The position numbers and the translations under genes are program-made. A stretch of 64,000 nucleotides of DNA, taken from the NCBI GenBank assembly GCA_051362555.1, contig CM120646.1, positions 992,001-1,056,000 on the forward strand, written 5' to 3'. The notes beneath the pieces were generated by a model. The model was not told where the DNA came from, did no database searches, and saw only the letters and a list, made by a program, of their open reading frames with translations. Shown piece by piece: positions 1 through 13,092 of the stretch (position 1 is its first letter; the number at the start of each line of letters is the position of its first letter). This DNA is from Lingula anatina (Eukaryota > Animalia > Brachiopoda).

Positions 1-1707
1 CTCAACTCGTTCCACGTAAAATTTGGGCCTTGTCGGTATTGGGGTCTAGGTGTGGCACTCATTGCAATGCACCCTTGTCCAAAAATGGCAAAATTAAATG
101 CTAATTATCTCCCCTACGGAAGGAATTATGGGAAAAATTTCTACAGACAGCTTTCCAAAAGTCATATGTGTAGATTTCAAATATGCCCTTGGATTTGACC
201 TTTGACCTTTATTTCAAGGTCAAACGGGCCAAAATTTTCAAAAAAACAAAATTTTTGCCGAAAAAAAAATTATTTGCGGTCTTATTCAGACACCACACAG
301 ACTTAACTAATAATATTAATGGAAAGTGTTACCCTTCAGGTCATCTTTCATCTCCGTGAATTTGGGGTCAATCGGTGCATTTTCACGGAATTAGCGGCCA
401 TAAGATATCGAAGAACCGTTAATGCCAGACACCCATTCTTTTTTGCATTTTGTAGAGCATGTAAAGCCCAACACTGGAAGTGGTCTCCGTTTTTTTGTAT
501 TCCATACGGTTTTCGAGTTACGCTGTATCAAAAAGTACATATTGGTGGTGAAAGCAAAATGTGCAGTACGGTAATGGATAATAAATTTTGAACTCCGGAA
601 AAATAAAACATAAGGCTTGGCAAAGCAGACAACTTGTGGTCAAAAATGACATTATTTCATCAAATTTGAACATCTGGAACTTCAGAGCACCTCCCATTTC
701 AAGAATTTTGACCAAAATGACCTTTTCTTTATTTTAATTAATTTTTTCTGTAGGAAATTTATGGCACATTATGGTAACTCCAAAATTATAACATTTAGTC
801 CCTTATATCTCCAAAACTGGCAGAGATAGGTCCATAGTTACTATTGAAGTTGAATAGGAAGACATATACTGGCAATCTAAATGTGACCTTAAAATTGACC
901 TTTGACCTACTTTTCACCATGAACTAAACTTTGCAAATTTTGCTTCCCTTTTATCTCCAAAACTGGCAGAGATAGGTTCATAGTCTCTATTGAAGTTGAA
1001 TAGGAAGTCATATACTGGCAATCTACATGTGACCTTAAAATTGACCTTTGACCTACTTTTCACCATGAACTGAACTTTGCAAAATTTGATTCCCTTTTAT
1101 CTCCAAAACTGGCAGAGATAGGTCCATAGTCTCTATTGAAGTTGAATAGGAAGACATATACTGGCAATCTAAAAGTGACCTTAAAATTGACCTTTGACCT
1201 ACTTTTCACCATGAACTGAACTTTGCATATTTTGCTTCCCCTTTATCTCCAAAACTGGCAGAGATAGGTCCATAGTTACTATTGAACGTGAATAGGAAGT
1301 CATATACTGGCAATCTAAGTGTGACCTTGAAATTGACCTTTGACTTACTTATTATCATGAACTGAACTCTGCTAATTTCTTTCTCTTTTAACTCCAAACC
1401 TGGCAGAGATAGGCCCATAGTTACTATTGAAGTTGAATAGGAAGTCATATACTGGCAATTTACTGTGACCTTGGAATTGACCTTTGACCTACCTTACGAT
1501 GAACTTAACTTTGATTGTACCATTTTTAGTAATATATATATTTTTTGCATATTTTGAAAATTCTTGTTGATTGCATTTTTACAGCTTGTCAAGCACAAGA
1601 CTGGTGGCTGTGTTCCTTATTTTGTATATGTGGGGGTCTATACGAATGCGCTTGCTCCAGCTGGTGGTACAATATTTGGAGGCGGTATCGCCTCTCTGAT
1701 CCTCTAG
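1..1707 (+). mobile_element. Non-autonomous Helitron/Helentron-like element (5' end outside window or unresolved) carrying an internal tandem array
   Basis: 3' end shows a GC hairpin GAGGCG-gtat-CGCCTC (1679-1694) followed by CTAG (1704-1707) and T residues. It is rich in TGACCTTTGACC/GGTCAA motifs, and a diverged direct repeat (about 440-510 vs 1571-1635) flanks the array. It lies just upstream of the first visible MRPL45 exon, presumably in an intron. Confidence 0.55.
800..1515. repeat. Tandem repeat, 146-bp unit, about 5 copies
   Basis: The anchor CCAAA(A/C)CTGGCAGAGATAGG recurs at 811, 957, 1103, 1249 and 1394 (spacing 146,146,146,145). Confidence 0.95.
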
Positions 1708-1867
1708 TTTACAATGTCTTTACTGTGAAATATAGATCTTGTATGAAGATTTGTTATCTATTTGTTTTTGTTTTGGTCTGTATTGTGAAAGATGTGACTC
1801 TAAAGTTTACTCTTAATATCGTATTACATAATAAAAATATGCCCCCTCCACTGATGAGCCTGCCTCT

Positions 1868-1869
1868 CC

Positions 1870-1936
<67 letters not shown>
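1868..1936. repeat. poly-C plus (CA)n microsatellite
   Basis: Directly visible. Confidence 0.95.
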
Positions 1937-1938
<2 letters not shown>

Positions 1939-2040
1939 CCCCCATAGATCTTGCTGCTTTAGGGTTTTACATCTTCAAAGTTCTACCAAGACCTATGCAT
2001 GATTTACATGCCTTTTAGGGTGAATTTTTATTTTTTCCAG

Positions 2041-5000
2041 TCATGGTTATGGATCCATATGTTCCTCCAGAGGGAGATGGCAAGGTTTCCATATTGAGCA
2101 AAAAGGTCAGTTAATGCTATGAAGTCAATATAATGGCTGACTGAAAATTTGTTTTAAAGATTGTATTACTTCCTACAGAGTCATGCTGTGGTCTGTATAA
2201 GAAATAATAAGAAACAATGTTAATCCCTTGGTGCATTTTATTAGGTCGCATTCAGAACAGAAAATCCTCGGACTTGTAGATCAAATATGGCCCACCCAGT
2301 CAAAAGACATGCCTATAATCCCCTGAGGGTCTCCCTGCCTGCTGGGGCATAGCAATTTAATCTCAGGGTCTCCGAGTGTGGTTGCGGCAAGACCATCAAG
2401 GGATTAGGCAGCTTCCTTTGATATGGGGTCGGACATATTTAGTTCCACGTATCAGTAGGTCCGTGAATCAACTTTTCTGAATGCAACTTTACACAATCTA
2501 GATGGCAAAAAGGGAGAATTGGATGTCAATCATTGATAGCCATAAAATTAGGATTGCTTTGATGACATTTAAACTGCACTTAATACATAAAAACATTTTG
2601 AATAAAAGCAGGGTGGGAGGCATTGTCTGTATTTTCTTCATGTTTGCTAAATGGTAAGATTATTTTAGCTAGAAAAGATGCATGAAAGTTTGGTTTCTGA
2701 TTATTTTTCACCAATTTGTCACGAATTCTGATAAATGATTTTCTGGTATCTGGTCTGAAACGGAAATCATTTATTTATTTATTTTTATTTATTTACTTAT
2801 CAATTTTTGTCCAGGGAGCAAAAGACAGGATGGAGAAACTAACCAAGAAGGGTACCCAGATCCAGCACATCCGGAAGATCAAGAAGTACGAACCTAACTG
2901 GTCTGCCCCCGAGTTTGCTGAAGAAGCAGCAGAGGTCTATAGAGAGGCACATGAACTATTGATGAAGTAAGATGAGATTAAAAAGAAAAGTTTTTATGAT
3001 TTGTTCATTCATCTATCCAGTAATTTATTTATTTGGTTATTTATTTATAAATGATAAAAATAAAAATAGCAATAATAATAACACTTGTTATTATTGTTAT
3101 TAATAATAATAATAATAAATAATAATGATAATAATTGTCAAAAAAGTATGAAATAAAAAAATTAATAAAAAAATCAGTTGCGTTCATTGAAAATGTATTG
3201 CTGATGGGTAGAAGCTTCTTGGTTTGTGTGGAAGTTACCTCTAGGGATCATTGTCATATTGATGAAATAGGTATTTACCAACTGACAGTGACTGTTGACT
3301 GGAGGACCCTTCTTGAGCACTTGTGACTGGCATTTTTCACAGTTAAGGCAATTCTGGGCTTCCTCTGTAGCATTACCTTACCAGATGGTAAAAGTGTGGC
3401 CATGCATGATTATTTAATATGTGTTTCCTTGCCAAACTTAACGGAGTGTGGGCTGCATCATGGTGTTTCAGTTGTCTTAATTAAAATTAATTAATTGTCA
3501 CCAGGTTCCCATGGTTTAATTAATTAATTTATTTTAATAAACTTAGTTATTTATTTATTTCAGCTTCCAAGACAATGAAGAGAGATTGCATGATCTGATA
3601 ACGACCAAAGCATGGAGTGTAAGTAGACAGCTTATTTATCCCCTTAAACATGAGAGTATATGTTGCTGGTGGAAAATGATGGCGGGATTAATACGTCGCT
3701 GGTTTGTGGGCAACTGTTACGTTCACGAAATTCATATCCCGTCGTCAGATTAATCTGCATAATACAAACGCAGCTCTTACTTAGTCAGTGCGGGAGAATA
3801 TCATAAATAGTTATTTAAGGCAAAGTTTGCTCATTTATATGCCCTATAAATTTTTTTACAACAGTTCATGTAATTTAAGGGATAACAACTGTTCATTTTG
3901 GCCAAAAAATGGATTTTCCTGGGGTAAACAACAATTTACCCATTCTTACCAATGGTTAATGAATCCATTTCTACATTCAAATTTAGTGCCTGGTTTTTTT
4001 CTAGAAAGTTTGCTTTTTTGTAATAATCTCTGCAGAGATTACTATAGCCATCTATGGAGGTCACATGGTCGGATGTCAAGCACAGATTTTAGAATAATTG
4101 CTTTAACTGCCATTTTTGGTGGTGAAATAGAATATATATTATTATATTTCCTTGAGTTGTTAACAATGTTTTTATTGTGAAATATAGATTTCACACAAAA
4201 AGTTGTTATCCCTTTAAGGTAACTGTTCTGCATGTTAAGCCAGCTGAGATGTGCGTTAGTTTTGATTTCTCAGGCACCAAGCCAGGGGTGATTTGTGAGC
4301 TTCAAACGAAGCTGCATTTTTGTTGGGAAAAGGTCAGTTTTGTCTAGGTACACTTAGTTTTTATATGTACACTGAGTATAGTAATGTTCCTATATGGCTA
4401 GCATACTGGGGGGTAAAAAGAAATAGGGGATTACTGGCTACATATACGTACAGGTAACAATCTAGCCATTGCATCCCACTGGCAACAGAAAACTCTCTAT
4501 TTAGCATCCGAGGGAGTTTATAAATAGTCTGAGTAAAATGTGAGAGTTGAAATATATATTGCGGACATTCAGAATATTTGACACAATATATAAGGTAATG
4601 GCTGGACCATTGCAGTGGAAAAAACGCCAGTTTTTTAAATCATTAAAATACATTTCTTTGAAGCATTTAAGTCTTTACTGTATAGAATAGAAATTTTAGG
4701 TTGTCTTCTTTTTAACTGTGTTGCTACCACTCAATAGGAATGTTCTAATTTTAAGAATATATTTAATACTTAAAATAAAATACAGTATCTGAAATTATTA
4801 ACAATTTGCCTTCTTGAAAAAATGGAGCCATTACCGCATTATATATGTATATAAGTCCCTTGTGCTTTGCATTCAGAGGATCAGTCTTCATATTACTAAT
4901 ATTACAAACATGACACTTATTACAAAAATAAATAAATAAATAAATAAATAAAATGAAAATAATAATAAAATGAATTATAAGAAAGATTGATTTAGAAGTA

Positions 5001-7611
5001 AATAAAATGAAAATAATAATGATGATGAAATGAATTATAAGATAGATTGATTTAGAAGTAAATAAATAAAATGAAAATAATAATGATAGTGAAATGAATT
5101 ATAAGAATTATAAGTTATTCAAAATGAATATCTTAAAAGAGATTACCCATTTATTTCATGGGTAATCGGCACCCGATGACCTGAAAAGATTTTATCATGC
5201 TATCAGACCAGGGTTGGCTGAAAGTTGTAACTTGCACAGTTTCCTCAATTCTGTCAAGTTAGATGTGAATTAATGTTAAATAAAACTCTTATCCAACTAT
5301 TATTTCCTGGTGCAGTGACTTTAGTACAATGGCTCTTTGTTCAGCAGAGTTTTTTAAAGTACCTGGTTTCTCGTTTTCTGATGTTTTAGACCCCATTCCC
5401 ATACTACATCATTCCCATACTTAGCAGGATCGACCCATCTCCGAGGGGATTCTCACTAAATTGCCTCCAGCTTAAGGGGCTTAGATGTCTGTCAAGCCTA
5501 CTTAAGCTGCTTATTGATAGTTTTAATTACTCCCTCACAGCTTTATTAGGTTGCCAGACATCAGATCTGCATAAGCTCAATGCATTTTGGCCAGTAACCC
5601 TTCGGAGATGGGTCGATCCTGATAGATCGATCTAGGTATGGGAACTGGGTCATAGATCTGAATCAAAGAAAGGTCATGGTGTTACTTTTTTTGGGAGAGG
5701 GGGAAGGGAGACTTGCTGAACCTGTTCTTAGGCTTCACTGGTTTTTGTGAAATTGGTGATATGGGGTGGATGAGAAGTGTTCTGTCCCCCCATTTCCTGA
5801 ATCTTCCCCCCTCCCATCCCCCCCCCCTCTCAAAAGTCACTCATTCTAACAGACCACCCCTCCTTGCTTAATTGTTTTTTCTTAAGAAATCCAGTAACCA
5901 GGAGAAGAGGCCAGTTTTGCTCAAGATTAGATTGAAAAATTTTCTTTTTATTATATTTTTATTTTTAAGTTTTCATTTTTTATCGTTAACTGGTAACTGA
6001 TTTGCTATGGAAGAAAATTATGGTAAAGTATGCATACACCACTGATTTTGATTTATTTTCTGGTGTTATTTTAATACATTGAACAAAATGTCAGTGAGAA
6101 TTTACCTGTGACGTCAATAGTGGGTTGAAAATCCAGGCATCTCTAGTTAACACCTGAACTGATTAAAATGCTAAGAAAATGACTGCAAATAATTACAAAT
6201 TATCATTTACGTCATTTTAGGCCACACAGAATGACATGCACTTTGAGGAATTTACATATTTCAGAGGCAGATTTAGGGGGGCGGGACCCCCTTTGATTTT
6301 TGGGAAAAAAATCACACCAATGGTCCCCTCTTGAAATTAGAATTTTGACTGGCTGAATCAGTTTTAATAAGCCATACCAAATGGCACTGTTCGCCCTCTG
6401 AAATCCCAAAATGTGAAGCCGACCCCCCCCCACACCAAGGGGTTTTGGGGGTAATCAGCTTTGCATCCGCGGACCCCCTCCCCTTCAAATAATCCTGGAT
6501 TTGCCCCTGTATTTTATGTATTTACTAAAAAATGCATCACAGCAATGTTGACCTTTTTCATTTGTCTAATTTTTCTAGGACATGACGCATGGTCTCAAGT
6601 TCAAAACTTTGAGATGGGAATTTGTGGAGTCCGTGGAACCACCCGTTGTAGTCCATGTGAGAGTAGCCAACATGATAAATGATGATAATCTGTATGGTCA
6701 AGTCACTGTAAGGCTCCACACAAAACAGGTAGGTATTAGAATACTATCAGAATTGTACAGGCCCGTAGCCAGGGGGGGTTCGGGGGATTGGAAAGAACCG
6801 CCCCTTTTGCAGGGAAAAGGTCCACTCTGGGTAAAATTTGATCTAGGTACATGAAGTTTTTATGGGAAAAGGTCCACTTTTTCAGAAAAAGAACCCTCCT
6901 TTTGAAATTGCTGGCTACGGGCCTGTTTTATATTAATTTTCTACATTGTATGAATCAGAGATATGTGACATAAAGGGGTGGATTTAGGCCATCTTCTGGG
7001 TCTTCCAGAAGACAGTCAGATTTTCAAGTTTACATTGACGGGTATCTATTTTTTCTGAAGAAGTATGAATAAGGAAAATCAAGCAGCTTTGCAAGATACG
7101 TAAAACAGAAAATATGACTTTGGGAGATTTTCAGTTGTGGATAGTATATATCTTAAATAAAAATAGAAAAGTAACAATTGTTCTTGATAACTTATAGATG
7201 TAAATCAGTGATTTTTGTCGATATATTTCATTCATCTGCAATCTTTTTTTTCTTTTTCTTGTCATCATGATAAGTAAAGTATTGAATTCAATTAAATTTC
7301 TGTGAAATTTACTGGAGTAATTTTGTAAATGGAAGAAACTTTTTTTTCAGATTTTAGCCCTGTATGATCGCTTTGGCAGACTCATGTACGGCAGCGAGAA
7401 CCAAGTCAAGGATGTGTTAGAATACATCGTGTTTGAAACCCACTTGATTGATCCACATAGACGCTGGCGAATTCACGCCAAAATCACCCCTGAGTGGGTC
7501 AAGCAAACGCCGCCCGTGGTGTTAAGAACAAACATTGAGCCTGAAGAAAAAGAAGAAGAAGACGATGAAGAAAATAAAGAAGAATCTGCACTGGTGGAAG
7601 GGAAGTCGTGA
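2041..7611 (+). CDS. MRPL45: 39S mitochondrial ribosomal protein L45 (Tim44-like domain), 3' exons; 5' exons upstream of window
   Basis: Exons 2041-2105, 2815-2966, 3564-3618, 6579-6728 and 7351-7611 join in frame with GT-AG boundaries. Peptides [65 protein letters not shown] and [10 protein letters not shown]...WRIHAKI are typical of MRPL45. AATAAA lies near 7873. Confidence 0.95.
2244..2488. mobile_element. PIF/Harbinger-like MITE
   Basis: Terminal inverted repeats GGTCGCATTCAGAA / TTCTGAATGCAACT, with TTA on both flanks. The internal GATCAAATATGGCC(C/G)ACCCA recurs near 44002. Confidence 0.6.
4950..5110. repeat. AT-rich minisatellite, about 60-bp unit, about 2.5 copies
   Basis: AAATGAAAATAATAAT...AAATGAATTATAAGA.AGATTGATTTAGAAGTAAATAA is repeated. 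Confidence 0.8.
5389..5651. mobile_element. PIF/Harbinger-like palindromic MITE
   Basis: Ends GACCCCATTCCCATAC / GTATGGGAACTGGGTC, with inner inverted repeat GGATCGACCCATCTCCGA / TCGGAGATGGGTCGATCC. The terminus matches the copies at 9641 and 46482. Confidence 0.7.
6262..6508. mobile_element. MITE with CAG(A/G)GGCA(A/G)AT termini and G/C-run subterminal arms
   Basis: CAGAGGCAGATTTAGG...CCTGGATTTGCCCCTG inverted ends, with TATTT on both flanks. Confidence 0.6.
6758..6925. mobile_element. MITE, CAGGCCCGTAGCCAG TIR family (3 copies in window)
   Basis: Perfect 15-bp TIR. The internal AAAGGTCCACTTTTTCAGAAAAA is shared with copies at about 24998-25168 (reverse) and 45970-46122. Confidence 0.8.
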
Positions 7612-9640
7612 GAAAAGAAACTTGTTCAGACTGGAAAGATAATTTTGGGTCTTGCTGATAAAGGATTTTGTATATAGAACTTTTGACACTGGAGAAAACT
7701 GGATGTATTACACTTAAGAAATTAACTGCAGGGCTTAAGTGTCCAGAAGTACGTGTATAGTTCACATTCAAACTAATGTATATTCTTTTGTTATATCATG
7801 TATTTGAAATATATAGCAGGTTAAGTGAACAAGCGCTTGTACATGAAAGAATTTTTCCAAAAACAAAAAAGAAATAAAACAACTATAATAATTATTTCAG
7901 TCTGTAATGGTTTGTTTTACTTCTGGATGTGTAAGTGTATATGTACCAGTTGATTGCTTTTATAAAAGATCGTTTTGTTGACGCCCAACTTTCTTTTCTG
8001 CTGTCACCGCGCCTCTGCCGTATTTAGTATCACGTCAAAGGCATGCTGTTACTTCAGAGGTGACTTGCCAGCGTCCTTTGGAACTCGGGATGGTTCTTTG
8101 ATGAGATATGTAAGAAAGAAAGAAAGAAAAATACACCAATTTAAACTGAGGTTAGGACAAACGGGTGATAGAACGACGTAGCGGAGTGCATTGGGTTGTG
8201 TAGTTTTCCTATCGCTATCTGCGTTAACTGTGCCTTGCACGAGCTTGCTACTCGCACTACGTCATAACATGGTGAAAAACACTGGGTGAAAAGGGAAAAA
8301 TAAGAAACTAAATCTGATTAATTGGCATCTAACTATATATGTACCTATATGTCAATAACTGGTAATGTAATAAACTTGGTATTTTTAAATTGATAAACTA
8401 GATCAAAAAAGTTGTTAAGTAACGATATTACGTACCAATATGACAATAACTAGTAATGCAATAAATTTCGTATTTTGAGGTTTTCGGAAAGTGATCCAAG
8501 TCGGGGATTTTTTTTTCAATTTTACGCTACGATTCACCCTTGCAAAATCTCTAACCTAGATATTTGCCAACTATGTTACTTAACTTGAGAACGTATAAGG
8601 ATATTGTTAGTTTTCCATGCAGTATCTACGCTGTGGATGTGAAGTAAAACTAGGAATGGTTGACGAAGTAAAGTAAAGCAAAGTAAAGTAAAGTAAAGTA
8701 AAAGGTTCTACATGTATCTCCCTTCTCTCCTCTACCACAGGATAATCATCTACAGAGGGAGATACATGCTTACTGGTTAATTTTATTTTTAATTCAATTT
8801 AAAAACACATTTTTCGCAATTGCACTTTTCAATTCTGTGACGTGGCAGATTTAAAATATTTATGTAAAGACAGGCGTTGGTTTAGTTTTACATGGAGTTG
8901 TAACTTGATGTGATTCGTGCATCCGCTAGGAAAGTATTAGATCCTGAGACTGTGTTTAGTACCTTCAATCCCGACTTATTATAATCCGTAAATCAGTAGG
9001 CTACCATACTAAATCCTGTTATATCAGATCAAAAAGTGGACGGTGACCAAGAATATCGCGCCTCTGTCGTCCTCAAATCATGGATCAGCGAACTTGTCAT
9101 TGAGGATAGTAACCTGTTGTTGGACTTATTACTTTGGGCGCTGTCATTTGTGTTTATGAGTCAACACACCGAATTAGTGATTTTATTATATATAAGTAAT
9201 AAACTGCTATAATATCTGTTATTGCCTTAAAAACAGTTAATGCTGCAATGATGAGCCCGGAGGGGGGTGGGGGGGGGGAGGTCATAGACGTTTCGTGCTC
9301 CTCTTAAATAATTAAATTTATTATTGAATTTATAATTTACACCCCTCTTACTTCACTGCATAGAAAAATTATGTATCCGTTAGTCATGTGATCAACTCAA
9401 GATGTCACGTGGTGTATAACCAGTGATAATCATTATACATTGCGAAAGGCCATTGTGGAAAGAGCCAACCTGTTGTGTGATAAGGGGATTAAAGACGAGG
9501 TTCACTTTTCAGTTAGTTGTCCTCATTTTACTAATGAACGCGGTGAATTTTTTAATATTGCCAGACGTTTAATAACAATTTTGATTTCTTAAATGATAAC
9601 GACAAGTTCTTATTTTTGTAGTGATTATATGGTAAATTTA

Positions 9641-9865
9641 GACCCCATTCCCATAGATTTTAGATCAATCTATCCCTGTGGGGAGTCTCGCTAGATTAAT
9701 GTCAGCTAAGCCGGCTTAAGCGTCTGTCCCGCCTACTAAAAGCTGTAAGGGGGTAATTAACTATGGTGCGCGTTCGGCTGACTGCAATTTAGCGTGAACC
9801 CCCAGGGACTTAGGTCGATCTAAATCCAAATCTCTTGATCGATCTATATCTCTGGAAATGCACCC
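9641..9865. mobile_element. PIF/Harbinger-like MITE
   Basis: TTA target duplication on both sides. The internal sequence is very similar to 46482-46696. Confidence 0.8.
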
Positions 9866-10323
9866 TTAGTTACCGAAACCTGCTGCCGATTTCTACAATT
9901 AAAAACTTTTATTTAAAAGTAACGTTTTCATGTGTATTTTAAGCCATATACAGCTTCTCATAGTATTACATAGAACTACCATGTTTTATCGTACTTAATT
10001 TGTATTTCTTTTTTATGGGTGAGACTTAAATAAAATGACTTGATCTTGATCATGTTAATCCAAGTACCAGTACGGAAATAAATTGAATAGAATATGCACA
10101 AGTGGCAGCCTATATACTAAAAAATAAACCACCGCTATGTGGGTAAGTGGCTAGACGAGTTTTTCTGTGTGCGAAGGGCGGAGTTGTAGACAGAACTCTC
10201 CACCTCTCACGTTCATATGTCCCTAATGAACTTCATGTGTTCCACTGCTGTCTCGGTAAAGACGTTCTATCTTTACTGCTGGCATGTGCGGTTATATCTC
10301 TGTTATGAAATACATCTTACTAA

Positions 10324-10524
10324 GGGCTCGTTTCCAATTAAATTATCGTTCTATGTAACTCAACTCAACTCTGCGGGACTTTCCAACGTACTCGTATAAT
10401 CTTCAGCTTTTCTGTATTCTCCTCAACACCAGGAGGAGGCGTGTTAGCCTGATTGCATTCAGCGAGAATCCCCGCGGAGTTAGATCGATCTACGTGGAAC
10501 GATAGTATCATTGGGAATGCGCCC
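10324..10524. mobile_element. PIF/Harbinger-like MITE, second family
   Basis: Ends GGGCTCGTTTCCAAT / ATTGGGAATGCGCCC with TAA/TTA flanks. The core GGAGG(C/A)GTGT...CTGATTGC(A/G)(T/C)TTCA(G/A)CGAGAATCC recurs at about 12910-13092 and 50180-50432. Confidence 0.65.
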
Positions 10525-10809
10525 TTAGTCTGGACATTAGTGGTACTAAAGCGTGCGAATTCGTCATCAGTAATTATTTTTGTAGTTATTTAGTTGTTTG
10601 TTTTTATCTTTGTCTGCGTGATTTCAATGGAATTTGTGTCACGCCTTAAAATTATGCATGAAAACGCGCCCGACATGCTTCACGAATTTTGACTCACGTA
10701 TAAAGATAGCTGTACTAACAACTCCGAGATATTATTAGAAAATCTTCAGAACGTCAGCCCGTGGTACTTCATGTATAATTTTAACGCTACCATGCATTTA
10801 TTTACGATA

Positions 10810-11400
10810 ATAACGATAATCTAATAATAGCATTCATTATGTCTCATATAGCGCATTCCATGATTTATTTTAATGCACTTTACAGGTATTGATATAAAAT
10901 TCTAAAAAATACAATAATAAAATGAAAGAAACTTAGTTAAAAGTTTAAAGAAATTAATCATAAAAATCTTTTTGAAAGATGAGTTTTTTTTAGATACTTT
11001 AAAATCCTCATCACTTTCATCTCTTATATAAAAAGGAAGTTTGTGCTATAATTTTGGGGCATAAACAGCAAAAGCCTGGTCTCCATAAAATTGTTTACAC
11101 TGTCTCACTATTTTAGTTTCAAATTGTTGTAAAAAGAGCTTTTCGTTTCCCTGTGTTTTTTAAACAGATGAATAAGATCTGCAATGTAACTTGATGTGTT
11201 TTTTAAGCATTTAAAACAATACACAAGACTTAAAATAAAATAAAATTAATCGCCGGATTGGTAGCCGATGTAGATCTTTTAAGAGTAGTTTGTTTTTCAT
11301 CTTTTAAACCAGTCTAACTGCTGAATTTTAATTATTTGGACTTTCTAAACTTTACTTTCACTTGGACAAGTTTTGGTTGTTGCCACGAGAAGTAAATTAC
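10810..11400 (-). mobile_element. Degenerate L2/CR1-group LINE 3' fragment
   Basis: The minus strand gives broken LKDLHRLPIRR (cf. LHWLPV..RI) and YGDQAFAVYAPKL*HKLPFYIR (cf. GDRAFSVAAPKLWNSLP..IR). These are followed by an L2-type tail TGTAAAGTGC...GCGCTATATG and A/T-rich repeats. Confidence 0.7.
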
Positions 11401-11799
11401 GGATCACCCCTACTCTCAATAGTAAAAGAGATGCAGACTAACAGATATTATTAATATGCTTTTCAAATTTTCCAGATGTATCAGAATTCACAAATCTCTC
11501 ACAATGTCAGATGCTACCACAGACACATGCAAATGCGAACATTAGTTGTTGCAAAGTCAAAGGAAAAACAGATAATATCAGTTTTACTGTCAGATAGAGC
11601 AAGCTTGTAGGATAGCATCCCCACCCAGACCTCGTCAATTTTCTCAAAGGCTGACACCGCAGAGTAATCACACTATGTCCACGTGCAATAATAATAATAA
11701 TAATGGAAAAAATAGCGAAAATAGGAAACATGGACATATACACCGCTGTTGCTTCTTGCATTTTTTAATTTTGAAAAAAAAAATGAAAATCAAAAAACG

Positions 11800-12530
11800 T
11801 AATTAATTTCAACGACATAAATCCATTTTTGTCCATTTACTATTAGATACACGGACCTCGTGCTTTTTGATAGCGTCTAGGAGTTTTTTCAACTTTTGTT
11901 TGACAGAAAGCCATAACAACATCTCTCCATTTGTCTGGTGTAAAAGCATTTCATGATTGTTATTAGTGCAGCACGTGGAAGTTGTGTTTAATGGTCGTCT
12001 GCGTTCACCGATTGGCAGCATCGGTTGCATGAAATTTCTCATCGGCGTCTAATCTGTTTTTCTTTTCTTTCTATTTCCGCCCGGGTCCTAAATGCAAGGA
12101 CAACACACAAAGACGAGGTTGATTTATTTCAACATATTTAACTCCGGGGTTTTTAATGCTTTGGAATAAACGCCCCGTCATACTTAAACGCTGACAGATT
12201 TTTTGTCCCAAAATGAGTATTTGCAACGAATATATCATGTTCTGTGTTGTATAAATTTGATTTTTATGGCCACGAAAAAGTCGGGAGCTTCCTGGCCTCA
12301 TGACACAAATATATTTATTACGTGCTTTCGGATATATATCATCATCATTTATAAAGTTATCGTCCGCGTAAATTGTATGCATATTTGTTAACATCAAACA
12401 TTATTTTCCAACTTGCTTTGACGCCTGATTAGACTAAAGACGCAGGTCAGCTCAATGCCCCTTAAACATGTAGTAAAGCGTCTGGGTCCTTATTTTTGAC
12501 AGACTCCTGTTTTTTTTTTTAACCCCCAGG
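11800..12530 (-). mobile_element. Highly decayed non-LTR retrotransposon reverse-transcriptase fragment (RTE-like)
   Basis: The minus strand shows KTGVCQ (cf. TGVRQG), RQSKLENN and then YADD, in the expected order but across frameshifts and stops. Confidence 0.4.
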
Positions 12531-12909
12531 TCTGGTCGGCACCGCATTGAATTACGCTGGCGAATAATCATGCAATTAAGTACATGTCTTTATTTTAAAC
12601 TTTTTGAACATTCACTCAAAAGAGCAAGATGCAGGTTTACTTAAAAGATCGGGCCAGAAAAAAAAAAAGAATTTCACTTGTAAGCAGTCCATGGGTTCAT
12701 AAGAAACTTTGGTTATGCCTTGCTGAAATTTCCAATGCTAAACACCAAAAATGTCTGTTTACCAATTTGCCAAATTCTCCTGCAGAGAGGAAGTAAGTTT
12801 CGCATGCCCTCTGATACCACTGCACTTATGAACAGTCGATTCAGCAATTTCGTAACAGACTGTTGGCGACCCCTGTGGGCAGAGAGTAACTCCCCGCCAG
12901 AAACGATTC

Positions 12910-13092
12910 TTAGGGACCAATTAACAGATTAATACGCCTCCTCGCTTCCAACATACTCGTACAGCTCTGTTGTTTTCTAGCCAGCACCAGGAGGAGACGT
13001 GTTAATCCGTTAATCTGATTGCATTCAACGAGAATCCGGTTGAGTTCTTGCGCACTAACTATTGCGACCTGACACATTCTGAACGGGCCATT
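12910..13092. mobile_element. Diverged copy of the 10324-10524 MITE family
   Basis: Shared core CACCAGGAGGAG.CGTGTTA...CTGATTGCATTCAACGAGAATCC. Confidence 0.55.

Noticed and set aside
800-1515. Regularly spaced repeat resembling a CRISPR array
   Set aside because: The whole 146-bp unit is repeated with no unique spacers, the context is eukaryotic, and there are no cas genes.
1545-2018. 157-aa ORF with poly-Pro and (TH)n
   Set aside because: It is a translation of poly-C and (CA)n microsatellite plus transposon end.
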